A program made the translations under genes and the position numbers. DNA of 64,000 nucleotides from Octopus vulgaris (Eukaryota): assembly GCA_951406725.2 (NCBI GenBank), contig CATOCA020000001.1:5084001-5148000 (forward strand). Reading direction: 5' to 3'. The notes beneath the pieces are model-generated. The model worked only from the letters and a program-made list of their open reading frames with translations. It was not told where the DNA came from and did no database searches. Below, piece after piece: positions 34,307 to 52,480 of the stretch (position 1 is the first letter of the stretch; each line of letters starts with the position of its first letter).

Positions 34307-34434
<128 letters not shown>

Positions 34435-34700
34435 TTCATCCTTGTTATTTCGTCAACCCTGAAATGATAAAGTAGTGTTGGCATTAATAGAATTCGAACC
34501 CAGAATGTAGGCTCCCAGCAAATAGCTATAAATAATACCAACAGGATATGTGGTTATCAAGACATAGCAGTAATTGAGGCTATGTGTGTGTGTGTGCCCG
34601 TGCATGCGTGTGGGCGACTGTTTCGATTTTTTGTGTTTGTGTATGTGTATATATATGCGCATGTATGTATGTATATATATATCTATCTATCACACTCTCT

Positions 34701-34791
<91 letters not shown>

Positions 34792-35622
34792 CCCGATGTA
34801 CTTGTGCTCATAATATATTTATATATACAAATATATACATTCATATATAGAAAGCTGAAAAGTGACACGTGGCTGTGTGGTGAGAAGCTTGCTTACCTAC
34901 CATATTGTTCTGAGTTCAATCTCACTGCGTGGCACCTTTGGCGAGTGTCTTATTCTATAGCCACGGGCTGACCGAAAGAAGCCCATCGGATGTATATATA
35001 TGTGTTTGTGCTAGCGTTTAACAACGCACTATCGCTTCACAACCAATGCTGTTGTGTTTAGGTCCCCGTAACTTTGCGGTTCGGCAAAAGCTCCCGATAG
35101 AATAACTACTAGACTTAAAAAGCAAGCAAATACATACATATATACGCACATATACATACATATATATATACATATATAAAAATATATAAAAATATATAAA
35201 AATATATAAAATCTTTATTACTATTAAAGACCACAAAGAAAACTTCCTTTCCAATCCTAAATGTAGGCTTATCAACCCAGCCAAGTCAGAACTAGGGATT
35301 ATTAGCAAAGAAATTTTAGATAAAATAAATACGAAAATTAAGACCGATACTAGGCTAGTGCAATGGTCCAATAGTATAGAAGTCGTAGACTGGTTTAAAG
35401 CTATTAAGAATAAGAAAAAAAGCGAGGTTTACACAATTCGATATTGTTGATTTTTATGCCTCTATCTCTAAAGAACTGCTAGATAAAGCCCTAATCTTCG
35501 CTAGTGATTTCATAGAAATTAGTACCAATGATAAGGATATAATCTTCCATGCTAGAAAGACATTACTTTTCAGTGAGAATGCAAAGTGGGTAAAAAACAC
35601 CGACACGGAGGGCGCTTTCGAT

Positions 35623-36816
35623 GTGAGCATGGGTTCATATGATGGGGCAGGCATCTGTGATCTAATTGGACTCTTTCTCCTAGATACCTTCAGTAAGACA
35701 TTCCCTAACGTACATTTTGCCATCTACAAAGATGATGCCCTCGCCTTAACAGCTAATACAAATGGACCAGCACAAGATCGTTTTAGGAAGGATATTATCC
35801 AGTTAATGAAACACTTCGGACTTAGTATAACTATAGACACTAACCTGACGGTTGTCAATTTCTTAGACGTTTCCTTAGATCTTAATAATAATATTTATAA
35901 GCCTTATAGGAAGCCCAATGATAGACTAAGTTATATTAATGTAGGTTCATGCCATCCCCCTATAGTATTCAAAAATTTAGTTAAAAATATTAGTAAGAGG
36001 ATTTCTAGCCTCTCATCTAATGAGGACATCTTCAATAGCGTTGCCCCAGTTTATAATAAAGCTTTAAAAGATAGTGGTTTTAGCGAAAAAATAAAATATA
36101 CACCTATCACCAGCCCAACAATAAGGAAAAGGAATAATAGAAATAGGAAGGTCATCTGGTTTACGCCCCCTTACTCACCCGAGGTGGCCTTCAATATAGG
36201 TAAATATTTCCTAGCACTGATAGATAGACATTTTCCAGTTAACCATGCTTATAGGAAACTCTTCAATAGACACAATTTAAAAATTAGTTTTAGTTCAACT
36301 ACCAATTTTAAAAACATAATCAATCATAACATACAAAAAACACAAGAAGAAAACAGCTGTTCATGCAGGAATAAAGAATTGTGCCCGCTAAATGGAGCTT
36401 GCATGTCCAAGACCATCATATATGAAGCAACCGTAAACTCTATAACCACTAAAGACACCGTTTCGACGAAGAAATACGTGGGCCTGACAGAGGGTAATTT
36501 CAAGGCCAGGTTCAATAACCACACTTTGAGCTTTAGGCACTGGAACAAAAGAAAAGCGACACAATTATCCAATCATATTTGGTCTTTAAGAGATAAAGGT
36601 GTCGATTATAACATACAATGGAAGATTTTGGCCAGATGTAAGCCCTATACTAACGGCAGCGGAAGGTGCGGTTTATGCGACATGGAGAGATGGCTTATCT
36701 GGAAAAGCAGCTTAGACCCTACCACATGTCTAAATACAAGGACAGAGCTTTTCGGATCATGCCCACATGTGACTAAATTTCTGTTACGTTTTTGGTCCCC
36801 TAAAGAAAACGGATAG
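35623..36816 (+). CDS. PLE reverse transcriptase (3' part) + GIY-YIG endonuclease, partial
   Basis: 397-aa translation identical to 20319-21512. Confidence 0.85.
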   Translation: MSMGSYDGAGICDLIGLFLLDTFSKTFPNVHFAIYKDDALALTANTNGPAQDRFRKDIIQLMKHFGLSITIDTNLTVVNFLDVSLDLNNNIYKPYRKPNDRLSYINVGSCHPPIVFKNLVKNISKRISSLSSNEDIFNSVAPVYNKALKDSGFSEKIKYTPITSPTIRKRNNRNRKVIWFTPPYSPEVAFNIGKYFLALIDRHFPVNHAYRKLFNRHNLKISFSSTTNFKNIINHNIQKTQEENSCSCRNKELCPLNGACMSKTIIYEATVNSITTKDTVSTKKYVGLTEGNFKARFNNHTLSFRHWNKRKATQLSNHIWSLRDKGVDYNIQWKILARCKPYTNGSGRCGLCDMERWLIWKSSLDPTTCLNTRTELFGSCPHVTKFLLRFWSPKENG

Positions 36817-37005
36817 AACATGCTTTCTGTGTTATGTCCCAAGAAGATTTTATATATTTTTATATATTTTTATATATTTTTATGTATTTTTATATAATTT
36901 TTATGACGAAAAATGCGAGCGATGTATAAGTACGCAGGCAAAGCAGAGTTATAACAGAGTAATTTCCCTTCATTTTTAACGGTATTTTTTCATAACGTTT
37001 TCAAA

Positions 37006-37079
37006 TAGCCAGATAACCGAAGAGATGGTGTTGTGGATTTCCACTTCGGCATCTGAAACTCAGAGTTTTATCTTGACTA
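37006..37079 (+). ncRNA. Hammerhead-like motif (copy 2)
   Basis: As 21702-21774, with one extra T in the 3' strand of stem I. Confidence 0.55.
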
Positions 37080-37098
37080 CCGAGTAATGTAACATATT

Positions 37099-37141
<43 letters not shown>

Positions 37142-37695
37142 CGCAGGAGTGGCTGTGTGGTAAGTAGCTTGCTTACCAACCACATAGTTCCGGGTTCAGT
37201 CCCACTGCGTAGCATCTTGGGCAAGTATCTTTACTATAGCCTCGGGCCGAACAAAGCCTTGTGAGTGGATTTGGTTGACGGAAACTGAAATATATATATA
37301 TATGTTTGTGTATCTGTGTTCGTCCCTCTAGCATTGCTTCACAACCGATGCTGGTGTGTTCACGTCCCCGTCACTTAGCGGTTTAGCAAAAGAGACCGAT
37401 AGAATAAGTACTGGGCTTACAAAGAATAAGTTCCGGGGTCGATTTGCTCGACTAAAGACGGTGCTCCAGCATGGCCGCAGTCAAATGACTGAAACAAGTA
37501 AAACAGTAAAAGAGTATATATATATGCATATATAGGCGCAGGAGTGGCTGTGTGGTAAGTAGCTTGCTAACCAACCACATGGTTCCGGGTTCAGTCCCAC
37601 TGCGTGGCATCTTGGGCAAGTGTCTTCTGCTATAGCCCCGGGCCGACAAAGGCCTTGTGAGTGGATTTGGTAGACGGAAACTGAAAGAAGCCTGT

Positions 37696-37736
<41 letters not shown>

Positions 37737-38270
37737 CTGTGTTTGTTCCCCTAGCATTGCTTGACAACCGATGCTGGTGTGATTCCGTCCCCGTCACTTA
37801 GCGGTTCGGCAAAAAGAGACCGATAGAATAAGTACCGGGCTTACAAAAAGAATAAGTCCCGGGGTCGATTTGCTCGACTAAAGGCGGTGCTCCAGCATGG
37901 CCACAGTCAACTGACTGAAACAAGTAAAAGAGTAAAAGAGTATATTTGTGTGCAAGTGTTTAGGTGTGTGCAACCATTTATGAATGTATGTATGCATATA
38001 TGTAGGGATATATTTATTTACAAATATATATTCATGTATGTGTGTGTGCCTGTGTATTACTGTGGCTTACGATTGTATTTCGTTCTGTAGCCATTACTTA
38101 ATAAATAAATCTTTATTTCTTTAGTTTGAAAGAAAAGGAAGGGACACAAAACTTTTATAATGTTGTATGATTTTCACAACTTATCACATTTATATATTGT
38201 CATTTAAGCCCAATTGCCTTAAATTCGGGACATACTCTCTCTTTCTCTCTATCTCTCCCTCTCTCTCTCT

Positions 38271-38346
<76 letters not shown>

Positions 38347-38359
38347 GTACGTATGTATG

Positions 38360-38476
<117 letters not shown>

Positions 38477-39145
38477 TATATACATATATATGTACATAAA
38501 TATATATATATTTACATACGTATATACGTAGATACATTACACACACACACACACACATACATAAATATATATACTTGGATGTTCATCAGTGTTTTGTTTC
38601 TTTCTATTTACATATATAAATATTTATATATCACTCCCAAGAAGTCCTATTTTTTAGTTTTCATCTTTCCTGTCTCTCTCCTTCTCTTCCGCCCTCTCTC
38701 ACTTTCTTCATTTATACAAATCATATACATACATAGTAACATACATAATTGCATGTATACACAATAAGAAACATATATACATGCATCTTACATACACACA
38801 CAGAAACATATATACATAGGTCATACATACATACGTAATACATACATACATACATACACGCATACATACATACACAAGGCCCGAAAATTTTCGGGGAGGG
38901 GACCAGTCGATAAGATCACCTACAATCAAACTACAAAGAAAGAATGTTCCCTAGAGAACATTCTTTCTTTGTAGTTTGATAGTAGGTGATCTATTTCTAG
39001 CATATAGCTGTCCACATAGTGGTTTTTAGCCCTTAATATACACATGTATTAGAATTTTCTCTGATTTTCAGACTTTTTTATGCTAGGCTACTGGTTTTAA
39101 ATTGATATTAATTAAATTAATATTCAATTCATCTCCCTCGTTATT

Positions 39146-39333
<188 letters not shown>

Positions 39334-39363
39334 CATATATGTGTGTGTACATACATACATACA

Positions 39364-39424
<61 letters not shown>

Positions 39425-39803
39425 ATATGTATGTATGTATGTATGCATACACACACACATATACATGCATATATATATTCATATATATACACATGTGTAT
39501 ATTAAGGGCTAAAAGCCACTATGTGGACAGCCATATGCTAGAAATAGATCACCTACGATCAAACTACAAAGAAAGAATGTTCTCTAGGGAATACATGTGT
39601 ATATTAATGTGCATACATAAATACATATATATATAAATATGCATACATACATACATACATGCATACATGCATACATTCATTCATACATACATACATACAT
39701 TCATACATACATACATACATACATACATGTAGGGTGAATGTATGTTTGATTAAAGGTATATGTGTGTATATTGTAGCGTGAGTGTTAGCGAGTAGATAGA
39801 GAC

Positions 39804-39874
<71 letters not shown>

Positions 39875-40003
39875 GGGCTTAGTAAAATAAATTACTTTGC
39901 CACATACTGAACTTGCTAGAAATAGCAGCCCCAAAAAAGTTTTTTTGCCATTTCCACTACTTAAAGAAAATTTCTCTCAGATAATTTTACCCTCAATTGT
40001 TTA

Positions 40004-40054
<51 letters not shown>

Positions 40055-40061
40055 TATATAC

Positions 40062-40127
<66 letters not shown>

Positions 40128-40188
40128 ATATATATATATATATATATATGCACATATATATATATATATGTACTTATATATCTATCTA

Positions 40189-40267
<79 letters not shown>

Positions 40268-40834
40268 TGTGTGGTAAGTAGCTTGCTAACAAACTACATG
40301 GTTCCGGGTTCAGTCACACTGCGTGGCATCTTGGGCAAGTGTCTTCTGCTATAGCCTCGGGCCGACCAATGCCTTGTGAGTGGATTTCGTAGACGGAAAC
40401 TGAAAGAAGCCTGTCGTATATATGTATATATGTATAAGTGTGTGTGTATATGTTTGTGTGTCTGTGTTTGTCCCCCTAGCATTGCTTTACAACCGATTCT
40501 GGTGTGTTTACGTCCCCGTCACTTAGCGGTTTGGAAAAACAGACCGATAGAATAAGTATTGGGCTTACAAAGATTAAGTCCCGGGGTCGATTTGCTCGAC
40601 TAAAGGCGTTGCTCCAGCATGGCCGCACTCAAATGACTGAAACAAGTAAAAGAGTAAAAGAGTAAAGAGTATATATATATACATATATATATATGTACAC
40701 ATATATCTATACATCTAGCTATTTATCTATCTATCTATATATATATAATATATACTTTATAAAGCATATTACTCTACCACTGGTATTTGAGTACTCTTTT
40801 TTTCCACCTTGTTTCACATTTATGTGTTTACTCC

Positions 40835-40880
<46 letters not shown>

Positions 40881-41463
40881 TTAGAGATAGTATAAAATCT
40901 TTATAAGGATTTATCAAGTAGTTAGCGTGAAAAGCGTCTTAAGAGAAAAATCCACCATCTTTTTCATTTAAATGTATTTTTTTATATTATATAGAGGGCA
41001 TTACTATACATAAATGCCACACGCTAGGAGGAATTCATAAAGTCAGAACTACCAAAATATATAAACACATTGTAAAAGTATTATTTATAGCTGAATGTTC
41101 TTCTTGACACTAATAAACCTAACAACAGTCATCGTGTTGTGTCTCTAGGTTAGCTATATTCCTCTGCTTACATCTTGAGCTACAAATCTGTGGATCATAC
41201 CCCAGCTAGGGTGGGGGGCTCTTTATATGAAAAATAAATTGATTCTCTAAAGAAAGGTAGATTTATGAAAACTAGTAAAAGAATCAATGACACAGAATTT
41301 GTACAATAAAACCTCCGGTATTGATCTTTGATCTGATCTCATCTACGTTGCTAATATTTCGACAGACACTATCAACAAGTGCTTACTTAATAAATTTTTG
41401 TAAATATCTTTATGACTATTTCACAATTATTTAATAAATTTCCATTATATATATATATATATG

Positions 41464-42342
<879 letters not shown>

Positions 42343-42353
42343 TTATATACTAA

Positions 42354-42385
<32 letters not shown>

Positions 42386-42836
42386 CCACCATGCTGAAAA
42401 TAGCAGCCATTATCTGACTCTAAAACAACCTTAAGTCAATCTTAAGTCAAAACAGGTAGACAATCTAGTTTATCTAATCCCCCTCTCTATAAAGCTGTTC
42501 AATGTTCATTCTCACTCACTTTTTGACTCTTTCTCACTCTCTGTCTGACTCGCTCCCAGCAAAGAAGGACATTGTGGAAGACAATTTAAATGCTAGAAAT
42601 AGCAGCAAAACAACTCCTTAGAAATATGCTATGATGATTTTAACAATATATATATATATATATTTATTTATATATATATATGTATATATATATGTGTGTG
42701 TGTATATATATACATGTATATATGTGTGTATATATATATCTATATATTTACTTATATATATATATATGTGTGTGTGCATATATATATATGTATGTATATG
42801 TGTATGTATATATATATATTTATATACATGCAAGTA

Positions 42837-42884
<48 letters not shown>

Positions 42885-42888
42885 TATA

Positions 42889-42933
<45 letters not shown>

Positions 42934-42957
42934 GCAAATATATATGTTATATATATG

Positions 42958-43066
<109 letters not shown>

Positions 43067-43333
43067 TTCATCCTTGTTATTTCGTCAACCCTGAAATGAT
43101 AAAGTAGTGTTGGCATTAATAGAATTCGAACCCAGAATGTAGGCTCCCAGCAAATAGCTATAAATAATACCAACAGGATATGTGGTTATCAAGACATAGC
43201 AGTAATTGAGGCTATGTGTGTGTGTGCCCGTGCATGCGTGTGGGCGACTGTTTCGATTTTTTGTGTTTGTGTATGTGTATATATATGCGCATGTATGTAT
43301 GTATATATATATCTATCTATCACACTCTCTCCC

Positions 43334-43413
<80 letters not shown>

Positions 43414-43892
43414 CCCGATGTACTTGTGCTCATAATATATTTATATATACAAATATATACATTCATATATAGAAAGCTGAAAAGTGACACGTGGCTGTGT
43501 GGTGAGAAGCTTGCTTGCCTACCATATTGTTCTGAGTTCAATCTCACTGCGTGGCACCTTTGGCGAGTGTCTTATTCTATAGCCACGGGCTGACCGAAAG
43601 AAGCCCATCGGATGTATATATATGTGTTTGTGCTAGCGTTTAACAACGCACTATCGCTTCACAACCAATGCTGTTGTGTTTAGGTCCCCGTAACTTTGCG
43701 GTTCGGCCAAAGCTCCCGATAGAATAACTACTAGACTTAAAAAGCAAGCAAATACATACATATATAACCAACCACATGGTTCCGGGTTCAGTCCCACTGC
43801 GTGGCATCTTGGGCAAGAGTTTTCTGCTATAGCCCCGGGCCGTCCAATGCCTTGTGAGTGGATTTGGTAGACAGAAACTGAAAGAAGCCTGT

Positions 43893-43933
<41 letters not shown>

Positions 43934-44458
43934 CTGTGTTTGTTCCCCTAGTATTACTTGACAACCGATGCTGGTGTGATTCCGTCCCCGTTACTTAGCG
44001 GTTCGGCAAAAAGAGACCGATAGAATAAGTACCGGGCTTACAAAAAGAATAAGTCCCGGGGTCGATTTGCTCGATTAAAGGCGGTGCTCCAGCATGGCCA
44101 CAGTCAACTGACTGAAACAAGTAAAAGAGTATATTTGTGTGCAAGTGTTTAGGTGTGTGCAACCATTTATGAATGTATGTATGCATATATGTAGGGATAT
44201 ATTTATTTACAAATATATATTCATGTATGTGTGTGTGCCTGTGTATTACTGTGGCTTACGATTGTATTTCGTTCTGTAGCCATTACTTAATAAATAAAAC
44301 TTTATTTCTTTAGTCTGAAAGAAAAGGAAGGGACACAAAACTTTTATAATGTTGTATGATTTTCACAACTTACCACATTTATATATTGTCATTTAAGCCC
44401 AATTGCCTTAAATTCGGGACATACTCTCTCTTTCTCTCTATCTCTCTCCTCTCTCTCT

Positions 44459-44509
<51 letters not shown>

Positions 44510-44546
44510 ATATATATATATTTATATATATATGTACGTATGTATG

Positions 44547-44582
<36 letters not shown>

Positions 44583-44614
44583 AATATATATATGTACGTA
44601 TATATATATATATA

Positions 44615-44652
<38 letters not shown>

Positions 44653-44714
44653 TATATACATATATATGTACATAAATATATATATATTTACATACGTATA
44701 TACGTAGATACATT

Positions 44715-44746
<32 letters not shown>

Positions 44747-45320
44747 CTTGGATGTTCATCAGTGTTTTGTTTCTTTCTATTTACATATATAAATATTTTA
44801 TATATCACTCCCAAGAAGTCCTATTTTTTTAGTTTTCATCTTTCCTGTCTCTCTCCTTCTCTTCCGCTCTCTCTCACTTTCTTCATTTATACAAATCATA
44901 TACATACATAGAAATATACATAATTGCATGTATACACAATAAGAAACATATATACATGCATCTTACATACACACACAGAAACATATATACATAGATCATA
45001 CATACATACATACACTCACGCATACATACATACACAAGGCCCGAAAATTTTCGGGGAGGGGACCAGTCGATAAGATCACCTACAATCAAACTACAAAGAA
45101 AGAATGTTCCCTAGAGAATATTCTTTCTTTGTAGTTTGATAGTAGGTGATCTATTTCTAGCATATAGCTGTCCACATAGTGGTTTTTAGCTCTTAATATA
45201 CACATATATTAGAATTTTCTCTGATTTTTCAGACTTTTTTATGCTAGGCAACTGGTTTTAAATTGATATTAATTAAATTAATATTCAATTCATCTCCCTC
45301 ATTATTTAAATATATATATA

Positions 45321-45370
<50 letters not shown>

Positions 45371-45427
45371 GTATATATATATATAAATATATATATATTT
45401 ATATATATATATATTTATATAAATATA

Positions 45428-45480
<53 letters not shown>

Positions 45481-45504
45481 CATATATGTGTGTGTATGCA
45501 TACA

Positions 45505-45540
<36 letters not shown>

Positions 45541-45937
45541 TATATATGTGTGTGTATGTATATATGTATGTATGTATGCATACACACACACACATATACA
45601 TGCATATATATATTCATATATATACACATGTGTATATTAAGGGCTAAAAGCCACTATGTGGACAGCCATATGCTAGAAATAGATCACCTACGATCAAACT
45701 ACAAAGAAAGAATGTTCTCTAGGGAATACATGTGTATTTTAATGTGCATACATACATACATATATATATAAATATGCATACATACATACATACATGCATA
45801 CATGCATACATTCATTCATAGATACATACATACATTCATACATACATACATACATACATACATGTAGGGTGAATGTATGTTTGATTAAAGTTATATGTGT
45901 GTATATTGTAGCGTGAGTGTTAGCGAGTAGAGAGAGA

Positions 45938-45998
<61 letters not shown>

Positions 45999-46126
45999 AT
46001 TAGGGCTTAGTAAAATAAATTACTTTGCCACATACTGAACTTGCTAGAAATAGCAGCCCCAAAAAAGTTTTTTTGCCATTTCCACTACTTAAAGAAAATT
46101 TCTCTCAGATAATTTTACCCTCAATT

Positions 46127-46210
<84 letters not shown>

Positions 46211-46220
46211 ACATATATAC

Positions 46221-46274
<54 letters not shown>

Positions 46275-46349
46275 ATATATATATATATATGCACATATAT
46301 ATATATATACTTATATATCTAAACATCTATCTATCTATCTATCTATCTA

Positions 46350-46393
<44 letters not shown>

Positions 46394-46960
46394 TGTGTGG
46401 TAAGTAGCTTGCTAACAAACTACATGGTTCCGGGTTCAGTCACACTGCGTGGCATCTTGGGCAAGTGTCTTCTGCTATAGCCTCGGGCCGACCAATGCCT
46501 TGTGAGTGGATTTCGTAGACGGAAACTGAAAGAAGCCTGTCGTATATATGTATATATGTATAAGTGTGTGTGTATATTTTTGTGTGTCTGTGTTTGTCCC
46601 CCTAGCATTGCTTTACAACCGATTCTGGTGTGTTTACGTCCCCGTCACTTAGCGGTTTGGAAAAACAGACCGATAGAATAAGTATTGGGCTTACAAAGAT
46701 TAAGTCCCGGGGTCGATTTGCTCGACTAAAGGCGTTGCTCCAGCATGGCCGCACTCAAATGACTGAAACAAGTAAAAGAGTAAAAGAGTAAAGAGTATAT
46801 ATATATACATATATATATATGTACACATATATCTATACATCTAGCTATTTATCTATCTATCTATATATATATAATATATACTTTATAAAGCATATTACTC
46901 TACCACTGGTATTTGAGTACTCTTTTTTTCCACCTTGTTTCACATTTATGTGTTTACTCC

Positions 46961-47006
<46 letters not shown>

Positions 47007-47591
47007 TTAGAGATAGTATAAAATCTTTATAAGGATTTATCAAGTAGTTAGCGTGAAAAGCGTCTTAAGAGAAAAATCCACCATCTTTTTCATTTAAATG
47101 TATTTTTTTATATTATATAGAGGGCATTACTATACATAAATGCCACACGCTAGGAGGAATTCATAAAGTCAGAACTACCAAAATATATAAACACATTGTA
47201 AAAGTATTATTTATAGCTGAATGTTCTTCTTGACACTAATAAACCTAACAACAGTCATCGTGTTGTGTCTCTAGGTTAGCTATATTCCTCTGCTTACATC
47301 TTGAGCTACAAATCTGTGGATCATACCCCAGCTAGGGTGGGGGGCTCTTTATATGAAAAATAAATTGATTCTCTAAAGAAAGGTAGATTTATGAAAACTA
47401 GTAAAAGAATCAATGACACAGAATTTGTACAATAAAACCTCCGGTATTGATCTTTGATCTGATCTCATCTACGTTGCTAATATTTCGACAGACACTATCA
47501 ACAAGTGCTTACTTAATAAATTTTTGTAAATATCTTTATGACTATTTCACAATTATTTAATAAATTTCCATTATATATATATATATGTATG

Positions 47592-47648
<57 letters not shown>

Positions 47649-47654
47649 ATATAC

Positions 47655-47689
<35 letters not shown>

Positions 47690-47693
47690 TATG

Positions 47694-47789
<96 letters not shown>

Positions 47790-47791
<2 letters not shown>

Positions 47792-48429
47792 ACCACTGAT
47801 GGTCCTATGGAAAACATTCGTCCTCAGCCGCTTGGACTACTGCTCCCAACTTTGGTCACCACACAATATAAAACAAACAGCAGAACTCGAAGCAATTCAG
47901 AGAAGCTACACAAAGAAAATCGTCTCAATGCAAAATATCAGCTACTGGGAAAGACTGAAGGTATTAAACCTCTTCTCCCTAGAGCGGAGGCGGGAGAGAT
48001 ATGCAGTGATATACATCTGGAAAATCCTGGAGGGTCTTGTCCCAAAATTTGGCATTCAAAGTTACTCCAACCGCAGAACGGGGCGCCGCTGCGTGGTGCC
48101 AAGGATTCCAACATCACCATCAAAATACAGGCCCAGATACTGCAACAGCTTGGGTTTCAGAGGACCACAGCTCTTTAACATCCTCCCTAAATGCCTGAGA
48201 GACTTACATGGTGTGGATGTGGGTTTCTTTAAAACTAAACTGGATCTCTTCTTGTTGGGAGTCCCAGATGAACCTACCTCACGACAGGAGACGCGGATGC
48301 GGGCAGCAGCATCGAACTCCCTTGTTGATCAAGTGCCACGTATCAGAGGTGGATTCACAAACTAGTGTAGCTCATTCAGCGGTGGTGCCCCAGCATGGCC
48401 GCGGCCTTCGGGCAAAAACATTTTTTTAA

Positions 48430-48431
<2 letters not shown>
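47790..48431 (+). mobile_element. CR1-like LINE 3' fragment (unit 7)
   Basis: Near-identical to 5411-6052. Confidence 0.88.
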
Positions 48432-48473
<42 letters not shown>

Positions 48474-48484
48474 TTATATACTAA

Positions 48485-48516
<32 letters not shown>

Positions 48517-48980
48517 CCACCATGCTGAAAATAGCAGCCATTATCTGACTCTAAAACAACCTTAAGTCAATCTTAAGTCAAAACAGGTAGACAATCTAGT
48601 TTATCTAATCCCCCTCTCTATAAAGCTGTTCAATGTTCATTCTCACTCACTTTTTGACTCTTTCTCACTCTCTGTCTGACTCGCTCCCAGCAAAGAAGGA
48701 CATTGTGGAAGACAATTTAAATGCTAGAAATAGCAGCAAAACAACTCCTTAGAAATATGCTATGATGATTTTAACAATATATATATATATATATTTATTT
48801 ATATATATATATGTATATATATATGTGTGTGTGTATATATATACATGTATATATGTGTGTATATATATATCTATATATTTACTTATATATATATATATGT
48901 GTGTGTGCATATATATATATGTATGTATATGTGTATGTATATATATATATTTATATACATGCAAGTATATATGTGTGTTA

Positions 48981-49063
<83 letters not shown>

Positions 49064-49076
49064 GCAAATATATATG

Positions 49077-49185
<109 letters not shown>

Positions 49186-49449
49186 TTCATCCTTGTTATT
49201 TCGTCAACCCTGAAATGATAAAGTAGTGTTGGCATTAATAGAATTCGAACCCAGAATGTAGGCTCCCAGCAAATAGCTATAAATAATACCAACAGGATAT
49301 GTGGTTATCAAGACATAGCAGTAATTGAGGCTATGTGTGTGTGTGCCCGTGCATGCGTGTGGGCGACTGTTTCGATTTTTTGTGTTTGTGTATGTGTATA
49401 TATATGCGCATGTATGTATGTATATATATATCTATCTATCACACTCTCT

Positions 49450-49532
<83 letters not shown>

Positions 49533-50012
49533 CCCGATGTACTTGTGCTCATAATATATTTATATATACAAATATATACATTCATATATAGAAAGCTGAA
49601 AAGTGACACGTGGCTGTGTGGGTGAGAAGCTTGCTTGCCTACCATATTGTTCTGAGTTCAATCTCACTGCGTGGCACCTTTGGCGAGTGTCTTATTCTAT
49701 AGCCACGGGCTGACCGAAAGAAGCCCATCGGATGTATATATATGTGTTTGTGCTAGCGTTTAACAACGCACTATCGCTTCACAACCAATGCTGTTGTGTT
49801 TAGGTCCCCGTAACTTTGCGGTTCGGCCAAAGCTCCCGATAGAATAACTACTAGACTTAAAAAGCAAGCAAATACATACATATATAACCAACCACATGGT
49901 TCCGGGTTCAGTCCCACTGCGTGGCATCTTGGGCAAGAGTTTTCTGCTATAGCCCCGGGCCGTCCAATGCCTTGTGAGTGGATTTGGTAGACAGAAACTG
50001 AAAGAAGCCTGT

Positions 50013-50053
<41 letters not shown>

Positions 50054-50581
50054 CTGTGTTTGTTCCCCTAGTATTACTTGACAACCGATGCTGGTGTGAT
50101 TCCGTCCCCGTTACTTAGCGGTTCGGCAAAAAGAGACCGATAGAATAAGTACCGGGCTTACAAAAAGAATAAGTCCCGGGGTCGATTTGCTCGATTAAAG
50201 GCGGTGCTCCAGCATGGCCACAGTCAACTGACTGAAACAAGTAAAAGAGTATATTTGTGTGCAAGTGTTTAGGTGTGTGCAACCATTTATGAATGTATGT
50301 ATGCATATATGTAGGGATATATTTATTTACAAATATATATTCATGTATGTGTGTGTGCCTGTGTATTACTGTGGCTTACGATTGTATTTCGTTCTGTAGC
50401 CATTACTTAATAAATAAAACTTTACTTCTTTAGTCTGAAAGAAAAGGAAGGGACACAAAACTTTTATAATGTTGTATGATTTTCACAACTTACCACATTT
50501 ATATATTGTCATTTAAGCCCAATTGCCTTAAATTCGGGACATACTCTCTCTTTCTCTCTATCTCTCTCCCTCTCTCTCTCT

Positions 50582-50655
<74 letters not shown>

Positions 50656-50668
50656 GTACGTATGTATG

Positions 50669-50708
<40 letters not shown>

Positions 50709-50724
50709 AATATATATATGTACG

Positions 50725-50776
<52 letters not shown>

Positions 50777-50838
50777 TATATACATATATATGTACATAAA
50801 TATATATATATTTACATACGTATATACGTAGATACATT

Positions 50839-50870
<32 letters not shown>

Positions 50871-51430
50871 CTTGGATGTTCATCAGTGTTTTGTTTCTTT
50901 CTATTTACATATATAAATATTTTATATATCACTCCCAAGAAGTCCTATTTTTTTAGTTTTCATCTTTCCTGTCTCTCTCCTTCTCTTCCGCTCTCTCTCA
51001 CTTTCTTCATTTATACAAATCATATACATACATAGAAATATACATAATTGCATGTATACACAATAAGAAACATATATACATGCATCTTACATACACACAC
51101 AGAAACATATATACATAGATCATACATACATACATACACTCACGCATACATACATACACAAGGCCCGAAAATTTTCGGGGAGGGGACCAGTCGATAAGAT
51201 CACCTACAATCAAACTACAAAGAAAGAATGTTCCCTAGAGAATATTCTTTCTTTGTAGTTTGATAGTAGGTGATCTATTTCTAGCATATAGCTGTCCACA
51301 TAGTGGTTTTTAGCTCTTAATATACACATATATTAGAATTTTCTCTGATTTTTCAGACTTTTTTATGCTAGGCAACTGGTTTTAAATTGATATTAATTAA
51401 ATTAATATTCAATTCATCTCCCTCATTATT

Positions 51431-51497
<67 letters not shown>

Positions 51498-51558
51498 GTA
51501 TATATATATATAAATATATATATATTTATATATATATATATTTATATAAATATATATA

Positions 51559-51608
<50 letters not shown>

Positions 51609-51636
51609 CATATATGTGTGTGTATGCATACATACA

Positions 51637-51672
<36 letters not shown>

Positions 51673-52068
51673 TATATGTGTGTGTATGTATATATGTATG
51701 TATGTATGCATACACACACACACATATACATGCATATATATATTCATATATATACACATGTGTATATTAAGGGCTAAAAGCCACTATGTGGACAGCCATA
51801 TGCTAGAAATAGATCACCTACGATCAAACTACAAAGAAAGAATGTTCTCTAGGGAATACATGTGTATTTTAATGTGCATACATACATACATATATATATA
51901 AATATGCATACATACATACATACATGCATACATGCATACATTCATTCATAGATACATACATACATTCATACATACATACATACATACATACATGTAGGGT
52001 GAATGTATGTTTGATTAAAGTTATATGTGTGTATATTGTAGCGTGAGTGTTAGCGAGTAGAGAGAGAC

Positions 52069-52133
<65 letters not shown>

Positions 52134-52311
52134 GGCTTAGTAAAATAAATTACTTTGCCACATACTGAACTTGCTAGAAATAGCAGCCCAAAAAAGTTTT
52201 TTTGCCATTTCCACTACTTAAAGAAAATTTCTCTCAGATAATTTTACCCTCAATTGTTTATATATATATATATTATATATATATATATTGTGTGTGTGTA
52301 CATATATATAC

Positions 52312-52365
<54 letters not shown>

Positions 52366-52408
52366 ATATATATATATATATATATGCATATATATATATA
52401 TACTTATA

Positions 52409-52480
<72 letters not shown>

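Larger units (their letters stand above)
35175..37099 (+). mobile_element. Penelope-like retroelement, Naiad-like, 5'-truncated (copy 2)
   Basis: Near-identical to copy 1. Frame starts at 35214 with a +1 frameshift in the same A run; ORF 35623-36816. Confidence 0.9.
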